Assembly (NCBI RefSeq): GCF_028368995.1
Contig: NZ_JAQNDL010000002.1
Location: 481,724-545,723 of the forward strand
DNA length: 64,000 bases
Direction: 5' to 3'
DNA from: Nannocystis bainbridge
GTDB taxonomy: Bacteria; Myxococcota_A; Polyangia; Nannocystales; Nannocystaceae
Shown: in pieces, positions 19,223 to 29,418 of the stretch
Layout of the letters: every line of letters begins with the position of its first letter
How positions within the stretch are numbered: the stretch's first letter is position 1
The notes under the pieces: generated by a model
What the model saw: only the letters and a program-made list of their open reading frames with translations
Told to the model about the DNA's origin: nothing
Databases searched by the model: none
Program-made: the position numbers and the translations under genes

Positions 19223-19471
19223 ATGCCCACGTCCGACCCGATGCAGCGGCTGGCCTCGCGGGGCGTCGCCGCGGCCGCCGTGATGGTCCTCCTCGGCGGC
19301 GCCGCCCTGCTCGCCCTCGAGAGCTGCGCCCAGACCGGCGGCAGCAAGCCGATCCAGGCGGCCGAGCCCCGCCCCGCGCAGGACCCGGGCCCCGCGCCGC
19401 AGCCCGAGCCCGAGCCGCAGCCGGATCCGATCGTGCCCCGTCCAGAGGACCACCCGCCGCCGGTGACGTGA
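19223..19471 (+). CDS. Small proline-rich lipoprotein (PQPEPEPQP repeats)
   Basis: 'VMVLLGGAALLALESCA' signal, then a P/Q/E-rich tail. Paralogue of 19631..19936. Confidence 0.5.
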   Translation: MPTSDPMQRLASRGVAAAAVMVLLGGAALLALESCAQTGGSKPIQAAEPRPAQDPGPAPQPEPEPQPDPIVPRPEDHPPPVT

Positions 19472-19487
19472 GCGCGGGCGGGAGCCG

Positions 19488-19575
19488 AAAGGACATGTCC
19501 ATGAGGACATGCCGCAAAGGGCATGTCTCCACGGACTTGTCCATGAGGACATGTCGTTTCAGGCATGTCCTCCGG
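19488..19575. repeat. CATG-core palindrome cluster (6 units)
   Basis: GGACATGTCC, GACATGCC, GGCATGTC, GGACTTGTCC, GACATGTC, GGCATGTCC at about 15-bp spacing, 17 bp after a stop codon. Confidence 0.8.
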
Positions 19576-19630
19576 GACAGAGCGGCCGCGCGCGGTGTGG
19601 CCGGGGCGGCGGCGTGGTAGCGTGAGGTCG

Positions 19631-19936
19631 ATGTCGAAGCCGCCCGAACCACCCGCCACCGCACTCCCGTCCCGTCGCACGCCGCTGGCGCTCGCGGCTC
19701 TGGTGCTCTCGCTCGCGGCGGCCGGCTGCACCGGCACCGCCCCGGCGCCGAAGACCGGCGAGAAGGAAGCTGCGCCCAAACAGCCCGGCGACCAGCCCTA
19801 CGCCCCGCCGCCCGACGCCAGGGTCGAGCCGCGGCCGCAGCCCGTGCCGCAGCCGGAGCCGCAGCCGGAGCCGCAGCCCAGGACCGACCCCGAGCCGCAG
19901 CCGGTCCCGCGGCCCCACCTGCCGCCGCCGACCTGA
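19631..19936 (+). CDS. Small proline-rich lipoprotein (PQPEPQPEPQP repeats)
   Basis: 'LALAALVLSLAAAGCTG' lipobox followed by a PQPEP repeat tract. Confidence 0.5.
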   Translation: MSKPPEPPATALPSRRTPLALAALVLSLAAAGCTGTAPAPKTGEKEAAPKQPGDQPYAPPPDARVEPRPQPVPQPEPQPEPQPRTDPEPQPVPRPHLPPPT

Positions 19937-19941
19937 GCGGG

Positions 19942-20964
19942 ATGCGGGAGCCTGCGCACGAGCCCCACGGATCTGCCGACTGGCTCCGCGGGCCGCGCTT
20001 CGATCTTTCGCTGATCGTCGGCGTGCTGGCGCTGGCGCTGGTGCTCGGCGGGGCGGCGTGCGCCTCGCCGGCGCTGTTCGCCGCGGTGCTCGCCCTCGAC
20101 TTCTGGCTGCTGGCCTACCCGCACGCGGCCTCGACCTTCACGCGCATCGCGTTCGATCGCCAGGCGGCGCGCGCCCACGGATTCTTGCTGTTCGGGCTGC
20201 CGCTGCTGGTGTTCGCGGGCACGGCCGGGGCGGTGGCGCTCGGCGGAGTGCTCGCGCTCAACACGATCTACTTCTATTGGCAATCGTGGCACTATACCCG
20301 CCAGAGCTACGGGATCGCCCGCGCCTATCACCGCCATGCAGGGGCCGATCCGGGGGGTGATCGGCTCAGTGATCTGGTGGTGTTCGCCTGGCCGCTGTGG
20401 GGCCTGCTGCACCGCGCGCACCAGGAGCCGCGGCTGTTCTACGGCGGGCCGATCTGGATGCCGCCGGCGCCGCGGTTGCTGGTGATCGTCGCCGGGGCGC
20501 TGGCCGTCGGGGCGCTGGCGCTGTGGACGGTCCGGCACGTGCGAGCTGCCGGCGCCGGCCGGCCGCGCAGCACCGGGCACGCGCTGTTCGTGCTGTCGCA
20601 CGTGGTGATCACGGCGGTCAGCTACCTCGTGGTCCGCGAGATCACCCTCGGCTGGCTCTTCATCAATATCTGGCACAACGCGCAGTACCTGCTGTTCGTG
20701 TGGGCGATGAACGCCCGCCGGTTCCGCGGCGGGATCGACCCGCGCCGGCCGTTCCTGTCGCGCCTGTGCCAGCCCGACCAGGTGCTGCGCTATGTGCTGG
20801 TGTGCCTGGCGCTGTCGTCGGCCTTCTACTTCGCGCTCGGGCAGGCGACGGGGCGGATGACGTGGGAGGTGCTGCCGCTGGTGCTGGTGTGCCATCAGAC
20901 TGTCAACTTTCACCATTACGTGGTCGACGCGGTGATCTGGCGCTCGCGCGGCCGGGCCGCATGA
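19942..20964 (+). CDS. Hypothetical polytopic integral membrane protein
   Basis: About 8 hydrophobic segments, Trp/Tyr-rich loops. Coding GC3. Confidence 0.6.
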   Translation: MREPAHEPHGSADWLRGPRFDLSLIVGVLALALVLGGAACASPALFAAVLALDFWLLAYPHAASTFTRIAFDRQAARAHGFLLFGLPLLVFAGTAGAVALGGVLALNTIYFYWQSWHYTRQSYGIARAYHRHAGADPGGDRLSDLVVFAWPLWGLLHRAHQEPRLFYGGPIWMPPAPRLLVIVAGALAVGALALWTVRHVRAAGAGRPRSTGHALFVLSHVVITAVSYLVVREITLGWLFINIWHNAQYLLFVWAMNARRFRGGIDPRRPFLSRLCQPDQVLRYVLVCLALSSAFYFALGQATGRMTWEVLPLVLVCHQTVNFHHYVVDAVIWRSRGRAA

Positions 20965-21045
20965 TGCTTGGGGCATGCCTGATGAGTCATGTCCTCGAGG
21001 GCATGTCTCGCGGGGCATGTCCCGGAGGTCATGCCTCGTCGAGCG
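20955..21045. repeat. CATG-core palindrome cluster overlapping the ends of two convergent genes
   Basis: GGCATGCC, GTCATGTCC, GGCATGTC, GGGCATGTCC, GTCATGCC. Confidence 0.75.
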
Positions 21046-21666
21046 CGGCGGCGCGGGCCAGGTGCTCGCGGACGCGGCGGACGTCGCGGCCGAGGGCGGC
21101 GGCGCGCTCGCGGTGGGCGAAGGCGACGAAGCGGCGCAGCTCGGCGTCGTCGGGCCGCTCGCGCACGAGCGCCTCGTAGACGGCGAACACGCCCGGCCAG
21201 TCGGGCTCGGGGCAGCGCCAGCGCCGGACCTCGGCGCAGCCCTCGGCGAGGGTGTACTCGTCGAGCCAGCGGTCGTCGCCGTCGCCGGTCGAGCGCACGA
21301 ACAGGCGCGCGTCCGCGAGGTGCACGGCCAGGCGATCGAGCGCCCAGTGGAGGTTGCGCGCGTCGATGTAGCAGACGTCCGACAGCAGCTCGAGCGACAG
21401 CAGGTCCTGACCGGGCTCGCCGTGGTCGAGCGACCACCCCCACGCGTGGGCGTCGCGGTTGATGCGTCGGAGCGGCCAGTGCTGCGCCGGCAGGGCCTCG
21501 ATCGCGGCGTCGAGCTCGGCGGTGGCGCCCGCTCGCACGGGGATCAGGGCCCGGTAGTCGTCGAGCCACGGCGTGACCTGCTGGAACCACAGGCGATAGC
21601 GGCCGTAGAAGGCCGGGTCCTGGTCGCGGACAAAGGCGCGGACGACGGGGAGAGGCTGCGGGTGCA
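21029..21666 (-). CDS. Hypothetical cytoplasmic protein (212 aa)
   Basis: ORF starting 'MHPQPLPVVRAFVRDQDPAFYGRY' with coding GC3. No recognisable motif. Confidence 0.45.
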
Positions 21667-21869
21667 TGCGGGCCCGGGGCCAGCATGGCACGCGCGGGCG
21701 CATCGGGGCGAGCGAACCCGAAAGCGGAGGGGACAATCGCGGGCGGTGGCGGTCGTGGGCCGAGTTCGAGGTCGCGGGTTCGGGCGGCGGGGCGTCGGCG
21801 AACTCGGGGTCGTGCGAGCCGCGGCGACCGATCGTGACAGCGAGGCGGGGCGCGTGCGAGGATGCTCGC

Positions 21870-23120
21870 ATGCGCGGGAACGGGCTGCTGTGCGGGGTGT
21901 TGTGCGGGGTGCTGGGGCTGCCGGCGTGCGGCGAGCCGAGCCCGGGCGGGGCGAGCGAGACGGGGACCTCGACCGGCACGGGCCCGGGGAGCACGAGCAG
22001 CACGGGCACGACGGGCGAGGCGCCCACGACTTCCGTGGCGCCGACGTCGGGCAGCGGCACCGGCGGCGAGACCTCCTCGACGACCGGCACGACCACCGCG
22101 GAGACCACGACCACCGAGGCGCTGACCTCGACGAGCACGAGCACGAGCACGAGCACGTCCACGACCACGACCACCGGCGACACCACCGACGGCGACACCA
22201 CCGACGGCGACTCGCTCGACGACCTGCTCACCCTGCAGCACGTGCAGGTCAAGGGCACCCACAACAGCTATCACGTCGAGCCGCTGCTGCCGTTCGATCC
22301 GAGCCACGAGTACAGCCACGCCCCGCTCGACATCCAGCTCGGCCAGCAGGGCGTGCGGGCCTTCGAGCTCGACGTCCACAAGGGCATCGGCGAGTTCGAG
22401 GTCTATCACATCACCGTGATCGACTCGTCCGCGACCTGCACCGACATCCCGGAGTGCCTCGGCATCGTGCGCGACTGGTCGCTGGCGCACCCGGGCCACC
22501 TGCCGATCGTGGTGTGGATCGAGATCAAGGACTCGACCGGCGGGCTGCCGATCGGCGCGTCGGACCTCGACGCGCTCGACGACACCATCCGCGAGGTTCT
22601 GCCGCCCGAGCAGCTGTTCACGCCCGACGACCTGCAGGCCGGGCACCCGAGCGTGCGGGCGGCGCTCGAGGCCGACGGCTGGCCGACGCTGGGGCAGCTG
22701 CGCGGGCAGGTGCTGATGGTGCTGCTCAACGTCGAGGACGGCCACGCGGAGAATTACACCGACGGGTTCACGTCGCTGGCCGGGCGGGCGATGTTCGCCC
22801 GGGCGACGCCGAATCAGTTCTCGGCCGGGTGGGCTGCGATCGCCAAGCTCGGGGTCGATCAGGACGGGCCGATCGCGGCGGCCCATGCGGCGTCGATGCT
22901 GATCGCCACCAACGTATGCGGGGCGGGCGACGCTGACGCCGCGTGCGCGGCCAAGGCGGAGCTCGCCAGGGCCGCGGGGATCCACATGCTCAAGGACGAC
23001 TTCCCGGCGCCCGTCGACGGGATGGGGTATTTCCTCGATTTCGCCGACGGCAACCCGGCCCGCTGCAACCCGGTGACGGCCCCGCCGGAGTGCACGAGCG
23101 TGGCGCTGGAGGACCTGTGA
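21870..23120 (+). CDS. Lipoprotein with Thr/Ser-rich linker and a phosphoinositide-phospholipase-C-like (PLC-like phosphodiesterase) domain
   Basis: Lipobox 'VLGLPACG'. Linker with STSTSTSTS and DTTDGDTTDGD DNA tandem repeats. 'VKGTHNSYH' motif typical of Ca-dependent PI-PLC-like phosphodiesterases. Confidence 0.55.
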   Translation: MRGNGLLCGVLCGVLGLPACGEPSPGGASETGTSTGTGPGSTSSTGTTGEAPTTSVAPTSGSGTGGETSSTTGTTTAETTTTEALTSTSTSTSTSTSTTTTTGDTTDGDTTDGDSLDDLLTLQHVQVKGTHNSYHVEPLLPFDPSHEYSHAPLDIQLGQQGVRAFELDVHKGIGEFEVYHITVIDSSATCTDIPECLGIVRDWSLAHPGHLPIVVWIEIKDSTGGLPIGASDLDALDDTIREVLPPEQLFTPDDLQAGHPSVRAALEADGWPTLGQLRGQVLMVLLNVEDGHAENYTDGFTSLAGRAMFARATPNQFSAGWAAIAKLGVDQDGPIAAAHAASMLIATNVCGAGDADAACAAKAELARAAGIHMLKDDFPAPVDGMGYFLDFADGNPARCNPVTAPPECTSVALEDL

Positions 23121-23494
23121 GGTCGGTGGTCGTGATCGTCGGGTTGCTGCTGGGCGGCTGCGGGCGCGGCGAACCGGCGCCGAGCCGGCCGGGTGGCGAG
23201 GCGGCGGGGAGCGTGGACGCGGCGGGGGCGACGAGGTCGGTGGACCCGGCGGCCACGATCCCGGATACGGTGTCGACCGCGGGCGAGGCCGCGAGCGGCG
23301 AGGGGCCGCCGGCGCAGCAGCGAGGCGTCGACGGTCGCTGCGAGCCGACGCCGAAGTCCGGCGCGCCGTGCCGCGAGGGCGACGGGTACTGCGTGCTGTC
23401 GTGGGGCGAGCCGGGCGGCCACAGCGAGGCGCTGTGGTGCCGCGGCGGGCGCTGGGTGCTGGAGCAGGAGGTCAACCTGCCGCGCGGCGGCTGA
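23117..23494 (+). CDS. Small lipoprotein; GTG start overlapping the upstream stop (GTGA)
   Basis: 'VVVIVGLLLGGCG' lipobox. 125 aa. Confidence 0.45.
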   Translation: MRSVVVIVGLLLGGCGRGEPAPSRPGGEAAGSVDAAGATRSVDPAATIPDTVSTAGEAASGEGPPAQQRGVDGRCEPTPKSGAPCREGDGYCVLSWGEPGGHSEALWCRGGRWVLEQEVNLPRGG

Positions 23495-23502
23495 TCGCCG
23501 GG

Positions 23503-23585
23503 GACATGTCGCAGAGGACATGTCCGAACGGGAATGACCTCGACGACATGCTCTATGGAGCATGTCCTGATGGACATGTCGAAGT
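23503..23585. repeat. CATG-core palindrome cluster
   Basis: GACATGTC, GACATGTCC, GGAATGACC, GACATGC, GCATGTCC, GGACATGTC starting 9 bp after a stop. Confidence 0.75.
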
Positions 23586-23676
23586 GCGGCTCGCGCGCGA
23601 CCGACGGTGCCGCCGCCTGGTCTCGTCTCGGCGCGTCTCCGCGTGACGCCCTGCGCCCCGCGTCTCGGCGCTCCGC

Positions 23677-25107
23677 TCAGGCCGGCGGGAGGGCGGCGAG
23701 CACCGACGCGGCGAAGCCGTCGAGGTCCCACGCGGCGCGGTCGTGGGTCATGCCGAGGCGGACGATCACGGCGTCGCGCGAGGGCACGACCAGCACGGCC
23801 TGGCCCTGGAAGCCGGAGGCCTGGAAGGCGTCGGCGGGCACGTGCGGCAGGCGGCGCTTGGCCGGGTCGGCCGGGTCGGGGGCGTTGGCCCAGAAGTGGG
23901 CCGCGTAGTCGCCGGGGCCGGTGCGGGTCGGCGTGCGGCTGTACGCGACCCAGCCCTCGGGCAGGATCCGCGCGCCGTCCCACACGCCGTCGCGCAGGTA
24001 CAGCAGGCCGAAGCGGGCCCAGTCGCGCGCGGTCGCGTGCACGAACGAGGACCCGAGGAAAGTGCCGGCGGCGTCGGTCTCGAACACGGCCGAGCGCATG
24101 CCGATCGGCGCAAACAGGGCCTCGTGGGGGAAGCGGTGGTAGTCCGCCAGCGCGGCGAACTGGTTACGCACGATCCAGCTGAGGATGTTGCTGGTGCCGC
24201 TCGAGTAGGCGAACGCGGTGTCGGGGTCGCGCGCGAGCGGGCGCGCGAGGGCGACGTCGGCGGCGTTGGTGACCTCGAACAGCATGTGGGTGGCGTCGGC
24301 GAGCGGGCCGTAGCGCTCCTCGAATTGCAGGCCGCTGCTCATGCGCAGCAGCTGATCGAGGGTGATCGCGCGGCGGGCGTCGCCGGCCCACGCGGGCACC
24401 GGCGCGGGCGCTTCGCGGGCGAGCAGGCCGCGGCCGACGAGGATCCCGACCAGCGCGCCGGTGATGCTCTTGGCCATCGACCAGCCGAGGTGACGGGTGT
24501 CGCGGTCGAAGCCGTCGGCGTAGCGCTCGGCGACGATGGCCCCGCCGTGCACGACGACGACGGCGCGGGTGCGACGCAGCGCTTCGGGGTTCGGCTCGGT
24601 GAAGGCGGCGGCGACGGCCGCGTCGAGCGCGGCGCGATCGAGGCCGGGTGGATCGGCGGCGATCCGCTCGCCCTCGCCGGCGGGCCACGGCGCGTCCGCG
24701 GCCGCAGCGTGAGTCACGGCGAGGGTCTGGGCCTGCAGGGCGTCGGGCTCGACGCCGATGGCGAGGGCGCAGCCGAGGCCGTCGCGGTGGACGGCGGTGC
24801 GCCCGGCCAGCCCGAGCACGCTGGCGTGGACGCGCCGGCGCTCGCGGTCGACGGTGAAGGACACGTACCACTGCGGCGCGAGGTCCTCGGCGCCGACGCG
24901 GTCGGGATCGCGGCCGGCGACGAACACGGCCGAGCAGGCGTTCTTGGCCACGTAGCCGGTCGCGGTCGGGAGGATCCAGCCGGCCGCGAACACCAGCGCG
25001 GCCAGCAGCACGAGGACGAGGCCGACGAGGAGCCGCCGACGCAGGCGAGAGGGTGCAGGCGTGGCGGTCACGTGCAGGCGAGTGTACCGCCTCGGCGCGT
25101 CATGCAT
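23677..25107 (-). CDS. Beta-lactamase-family serine hydrolase, membrane-anchored
   Basis: N-terminal TM helix. SxxK 'SMAKS'. Paralogue of 5417..6565 with extensive shared motifs ('VVHGG.IV.ERYA', 'LPEGW.A.S'). Confidence 0.7.
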   Translation of the reverse strand: MHDAPRRYTRLHVTATPAPSRLRRRLLVGLVLVLLAALVFAAGWILPTATGYVAKNACSAVFVAGRDPDRVGAEDLAPQWYVSFTVDRERRRVHASVLGLAGRTAVHRDGLGCALAIGVEPDALQAQTLAVTHAAAADAPWPAGEGERIAADPPGLDRAALDAAVAAAFTEPNPEALRRTRAVVVVHGGAIVAERYADGFDRDTRHLGWSMAKSITGALVGILVGRGLLAREAPAPVPAWAGDARRAITLDQLLRMSSGLQFEERYGPLADATHMLFEVTNAADVALARPLARDPDTAFAYSSGTSNILSWIVRNQFAALADYHRFPHEALFAPIGMRSAVFETDAAGTFLGSSFVHATARDWARFGLLYLRDGVWDGARILPEGWVAYSRTPTRTGPGDYAAHFWANAPDPADPAKRRLPHVPADAFQASGFQGQAVLVVPSRDAVIVRLGMTHDRAAWDLDGFAASVLAALPPA

Positions 25108-25199
25108 GCGCGGACAGGCGAGTCGGTGCGGCAGGCGGGCCGCGAGTGACTTGAGGCATCCGTGCTCGCGGCGCGCGGGCGCGCGAGGGCTGGCGGGGC

Positions 25200-26375
25200 G
25201 TGATACGGTGCGGACCGATGCGATCTTCGGCTTGGCAGGGACTGCTGGGGGCCTCCGTGGCGGTGCAGGTGTTGGCGTGCGGCGACGTGGGCAGCGGCGC
25301 GGACACGAGCGCGACGGGGGTGACGGGGGCGACCTCGCTGACGACGACGACGTCAGGCGAGCCGACCACCGGCGGGACGCCGACGTCGTCGGGCGAGGCG
25401 AGCGCGACGAGCGTCGACGACAGCACGGGCGCGGCGACCTCGACGAGCACCGCGACGGGCGGTCCGGCGCTCGACCTCGGCATGCCGGATTTCGGCGGCC
25501 CGAGCGAGTGCGCGGCGCAGCAGCACGTCGCCTGCGACGCGGTCGACGGCGATCCGCTGCAGGCGATCGGGCTCAACTGCCCCGGCGAGCTGGCGGTCAC
25601 GGGCGGCTTCGACGGCCACCCGGACGGGCTGCGGGTGATCTCGCAGTGGGGCCAGGCGGACACGTTCACGCCGCGCGAGGGCGACAGCTTCCTCGTGCTC
25701 AGCACCGGCGACCTGGCGGAGATGCACGACGCGCCGGCCGACGCGGGCGACGTGTCGTATCACTGCAACTCGTGGTTCTCGCCGGGCGACGGCATGGACA
25801 CGACCAAGTTCCCGCCGCCGATCACCAAGCAGCCGGTCCAGGGCGACTGCCTGAGCGACCCGTCGCTGGTCGGCACCGGCGACTGCTCGAAGACGGTCAA
25901 GAACCAGTTCGACCAGAGCGGCTTCAAGTACGACTATCAGGAGCTGCGCTTCACCGCGGTGGTGCCGGACGGGGCGGAGTCGTTCAGCTTCGATCTGGCG
26001 TTCTTCACCAAGGAGTACCCGATCTGGCAGGACCAGCCGTATAACGACATGTTCATCGGCTGGCTCGAGTCGGAGCACTGGACCGGCAACATCTCGTTCG
26101 ACGCCCAGGGCAAGGCGCTGTCGCTCAACGCGGCGTTCCTCGAGCTCTACGACGACGGCGGCGACCTGCCGGAATTCGCCGGCACTTGCATGCGCTACAG
26201 CGCCGGCACCAAGTGGTTGACGACCACGGCCGACGTGGTGCCGGGCGAGACGATCGAGCTGGTGCTGGCGATCTTCGACCTCGACGACGTCAACTGGGAC
26301 AGCTTCGTGCTGGTCGACAACTTCCAGTGGCACTGCGGCGACGCGACCGGTCCGGTGACCGAGCCGGTGGGCTGA
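25200..26375 (+). CDS. Hypothetical secreted lipoprotein with Thr/Ser-rich linker (alternative start at 25218)
   Basis: 'AVQVLACG' lipobox, TTTSGEPTTGG linker, conserved-looking C-terminal domain rich in Asp/Trp/Cys. Confidence 0.55.
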   Translation: MIRCGPMRSSAWQGLLGASVAVQVLACGDVGSGADTSATGVTGATSLTTTTSGEPTTGGTPTSSGEASATSVDDSTGAATSTSTATGGPALDLGMPDFGGPSECAAQQHVACDAVDGDPLQAIGLNCPGELAVTGGFDGHPDGLRVISQWGQADTFTPREGDSFLVLSTGDLAEMHDAPADAGDVSYHCNSWFSPGDGMDTTKFPPPITKQPVQGDCLSDPSLVGTGDCSKTVKNQFDQSGFKYDYQELRFTAVVPDGAESFSFDLAFFTKEYPIWQDQPYNDMFIGWLESEHWTGNISFDAQGKALSLNAAFLELYDDGGDLPEFAGTCMRYSAGTKWLTTTADVVPGETIELVLAIFDLDDVNWDSFVLVDNFQWHCGDATGPVTEPVG

Positions 26376-26431
26376 GGTCGCATTGACAGGGCGCGGCGCG
26401 GTCGGTAGGAACCAGGGCTCGCCCGCCCGCC

Positions 26432-27124
26432 ATGACGATCGCATCGACGCTGCTTGACGAACTCGAGGCGCGGATGATCGCGCTGCCGGCGGCGTCGGTG
26501 ACCCTGCGCGACGAGGGCTCGAAGACGAACTGGAGCGTCGCGGTGGCGGCGTTTCGCCTGGCGGCGGTGCCGGTGACCCGCGAGCTGTACGCGGCGGTGC
26601 ACGGCGAGGCGCCGCCGTCGCCTGCGGGGCCGCGCACGCCGGTGACCGAGGTGTCGTGGAACGACGCGGTCCGGTTCTGCAACGCGCTGTCGCTGCAGGC
26701 GGGGCTGCGGCCGTGCTACGCGATCGGCGGCGACCCGGAGGCGCGCGACGTGACGTGCGACCCGGCGGCGGGCGGCTACCGCCTGCCGTCGGAGGCGGAG
26801 TGGGAGTACGCGTGCCGGGCTGGGACGACGGGCGAGCGCTATGGCGAGCTCGACGCGATCGCGTGGCACCGCGACAACTCGGGCGGCGCGCCGCACGAGG
26901 TGGCGACCCGCGAGCCCAACGCGTGGGGCTTCTTCGACACGATCGGCAACGCCTGGGAGTGGTGCTGGGACGTCTACGATCCGAAGGTCTACGGGCCGTA
27001 TCGGGTGTTCCGCGGCGGGGGCTGGAACGACCGCCCGCGCGGCCTGCGGGCCTCGTGCCGGCGCAAGAGCCACCCGACCTTCCGCGTCGACGACCTCGGA
27101 TTTCGCGTGGCGCGCTCGATCTGA
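26432..27124 (+). CDS. Formylglycine-generating-enzyme (FGE/SUMF1/EgtB-type) domain protein
   Basis: 'WEYACRAGT', 'GNAWEWCWD', 'RGGGWNDRPRGLRASCR', 'GFRVARS' match the FGE-sulfatase domain. Confidence 0.75.
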   Translation: MTIASTLLDELEARMIALPAASVTLRDEGSKTNWSVAVAAFRLAAVPVTRELYAAVHGEAPPSPAGPRTPVTEVSWNDAVRFCNALSLQAGLRPCYAIGGDPEARDVTCDPAAGGYRLPSEAEWEYACRAGTTGERYGELDAIAWHRDNSGGAPHEVATREPNAWGFFDTIGNAWEWCWDVYDPKVYGPYRVFRGGGWNDRPRGLRASCRRKSHPTFRVDDLGFRVARSI

Positions 27125-27140
27125 GGCGATCGGCTGGCGA

Positions 27141-27240
27141 AATGGACATGTCCTTGGGGACATGTCATTCTTCGGAGTCGGGGCCGCGTGAACGTGGTTC
27201 CTGGTGGACATGACTGTTTCGACATGTCCCAAGAGACATG
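27141..27240. repeat. CATG-core palindrome cluster
   Basis: GGACATGTCC, GGACATGTCA, GGACATGAC, GACATGTCC, GACATGG starting 17 bp after a stop. Confidence 0.8.
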
Positions 27241-27330
27241 GGCGGTGCAGCACGGACGCGCGCCTCCTGGGTCCACGGGCGGCGTGCGATCGCGGCGCGC
27301 GATGGGCGAGTCATGGGCTATGCTCGGAAG

Positions 27331-29121
27331 ATGCGAAACTATTTTTGGCTTGGCTCCCCGCGGAAATTTGGCTTGTGGATGGCGATGGCGGCGGCCCCGG
27401 GCTGCACCGAGCGCGACCCTGGCGGTGACACGGACAGCGACGGCGACACGGGGGGGCCCGCGACCGCCGGGACGATGACGGACGGGTCGATGACGGATCC
27501 GGCGACGACCGCTCCGACGACGGTCGCTCCGACGACGACCGATCCGACCGACGGGCCGACGTCGGACAGCGAGGGCACGACGGACGGGCCCGAGCCGGCG
27601 CAGACGGTGCTGATCGCCGGCAGCAACGACGCCGACATCCTGTTCGTGATCGACAACTCGGTGTCGATGGCGACCCGGCAGGCCAAGCTGGCCGCGGCCA
27701 TGCCGGCGTTCGTCGACGCGCTCGGCAGCCTGCGCTACCGCATCGGCATCACCACCACCGACGACGGCAACCCGCGCTGCGCCGAGGCGTCCACCGGCCC
27801 GGAGCACGGCGAGCTGGTGCTCACGAGCTGCCTCGAGCGCGTGGCGGCCGGCGAGTTCGAGGTGCCAGGGGTGCTCGAAGACGTGTCGGCCGCGTGCACC
27901 GCGACGTGCGAGCTCGGCGACGCGCAGCTGCCGATCAAGCCCACGGCCACCCACGCGTCGGGCGGCGAGCTGGCGCCGCGCAAGTGGGTCGAGGTCGACG
28001 GCCTGCACACCAACCTGCCCGACGGGGTGACGCCGGCGCAGGCGCTGCAGTGCTTCATGCCGCAGGGGGTGACGGGCTGCGGCTTCGAGTCGCACCTCGA
28101 CTCGATGTTCCGGGCGATCGCGCGGACCACCGACGCGGGCTCGCCGAGCAACTTCGGGTTCTTGCGCCCGCAGGCGAGCCTGACGGTGGTGGTGTTCAGC
28201 GACGAGACCGACTGCTCGCGCCAGGTCGACGAGATCTTCACCACCAACAAGGTGTTCTGGGAGGACCCCGACGGAGTGGTGCCGACGAGCGCCCTGTGCT
28301 GGAACGCTGGCGTGCGCTGCGACGGGCCCGGGCCGGTGTTCGCGGGCTGCGCGGCGGACAACCACGACATCACGGGTGCGGTCGGGGTGGCCGACGAGGC
28401 GGCGGTGCTGCCATCGGTGACGCAGTACGTCGCGTTCTTGCAGGCGATCGAGGACGACAAGCGCAAGCTCGACCCGCTGGCCGAGGTGCGGATGATGATG
28501 ATCGCCGGGGTGCCGCCCGGCTACGAGTCGCACCAGGCCGAGATCGTGTACGCGGACGCGGCCGACCCCGAGGTCCAGAACAGCTTCGGCATCGGCTTCG
28601 GCTGCGTCGACGGCGACGCGCTCGGCTCGGTCCCGCCGGTGCGCGAGCGCGAGGTCGCCGAGGCGTTCGCGGTCGGCGACGGGCGCGACATCTTCTCGAT
28701 CTGCGAGGACGACTACAGCGCCGCGCTGGCCGCGATCGCGTCGCGGATCGCCGACCAGATCCGCCCGGCCTGCATGCCGCTGTGCGTCGCCGACGTCGAT
28801 CCCAATACGGCGGTGCTCGATCCGCTCTGTGAGGTGTTCGAGGTCGATGACGCGGCCCAGACCCGCGTGGGGCTGCTCCCGTGCGAGTCGCTCGACGACA
28901 ACTGGGTCGTGCCCGCCGGGGTGACGGCCTGCTTCGCCCCATTGCTCGACCCGGACGGCAGCACGCCGAGCCCCATTGACGACATGTCGAGCGTGTGCGT
29001 CGACCAGGGCTGGAACCTCGAGTTCTTGCTCCTGCGCTCGGCGCCGGCGCCGCTGGGCGTGACGATCGAGGCGACGTGCGAGGTCGCTACGAACCCGGCC
29101 GCCCAGTGCCCGCTGCTGTGA
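27331..29121 (+). CDS. von Willebrand factor A (vWA) domain lipoprotein
   Basis: Signal/lipobox, Thr/Asp-rich linker, MIDAS motif 'ILFVIDNSVSMA'. Paralogue of 42212..43255 ('VLFVVDISASM'). Confidence 0.65.
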   Translation: MRNYFWLGSPRKFGLWMAMAAAPGCTERDPGGDTDSDGDTGGPATAGTMTDGSMTDPATTAPTTVAPTTTDPTDGPTSDSEGTTDGPEPAQTVLIAGSNDADILFVIDNSVSMATRQAKLAAAMPAFVDALGSLRYRIGITTTDDGNPRCAEASTGPEHGELVLTSCLERVAAGEFEVPGVLEDVSAACTATCELGDAQLPIKPTATHASGGELAPRKWVEVDGLHTNLPDGVTPAQALQCFMPQGVTGCGFESHLDSMFRAIARTTDAGSPSNFGFLRPQASLTVVVFSDETDCSRQVDEIFTTNKVFWEDPDGVVPTSALCWNAGVRCDGPGPVFAGCAADNHDITGAVGVADEAAVLPSVTQYVAFLQAIEDDKRKLDPLAEVRMMMIAGVPPGYESHQAEIVYADAADPEVQNSFGIGFGCVDGDALGSVPPVREREVAEAFAVGDGRDIFSICEDDYSAALAAIASRIADQIRPACMPLCVADVDPNTAVLDPLCEVFEVDDAAQTRVGLLPCESLDDNWVVPAGVTACFAPLLDPDGSTPSPIDDMSSVCVDQGWNLEFLLLRSAPAPLGVTIEATCEVATNPAAQCPLL

Positions 29122-29349
29122 CGGCAGGCGCCGAGCTGCCTCGTCGTCGATCGCGGCGGTGACGGGCGGCCCGGCGGGTGGCCATGCACGAAGCGTCGCA
29201 GTTCCGGAGACGGACGGATGTCGGGCTGGCCACGCGGCGCGCCCGTGATCGCCGACACGCCCTGCGGAGACGGACGACCCGCGCCCCGGCCACTGCAACG
29301 ATCAGGGGCGCGAGCGCGGGTCGGCGGAGCGATCGGCGGCGGGCGTCGC

Positions 29350-29395
29350 GGAGGATTTTATGGAGATGTCTCGAGGGCCATGTGACGACATTCGC
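29350..29395. repeat. Degenerate CATG-core palindrome cluster
   Basis: GGAGATGTCTC, GGCCATGTGAC, GACATTC. Weaker copies upstream of the radical-SAM-like gene. Confidence 0.45.
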
Positions 29396-29418
29396 CGCGG
29401 CGGCGCGGAGGTGCGGTC

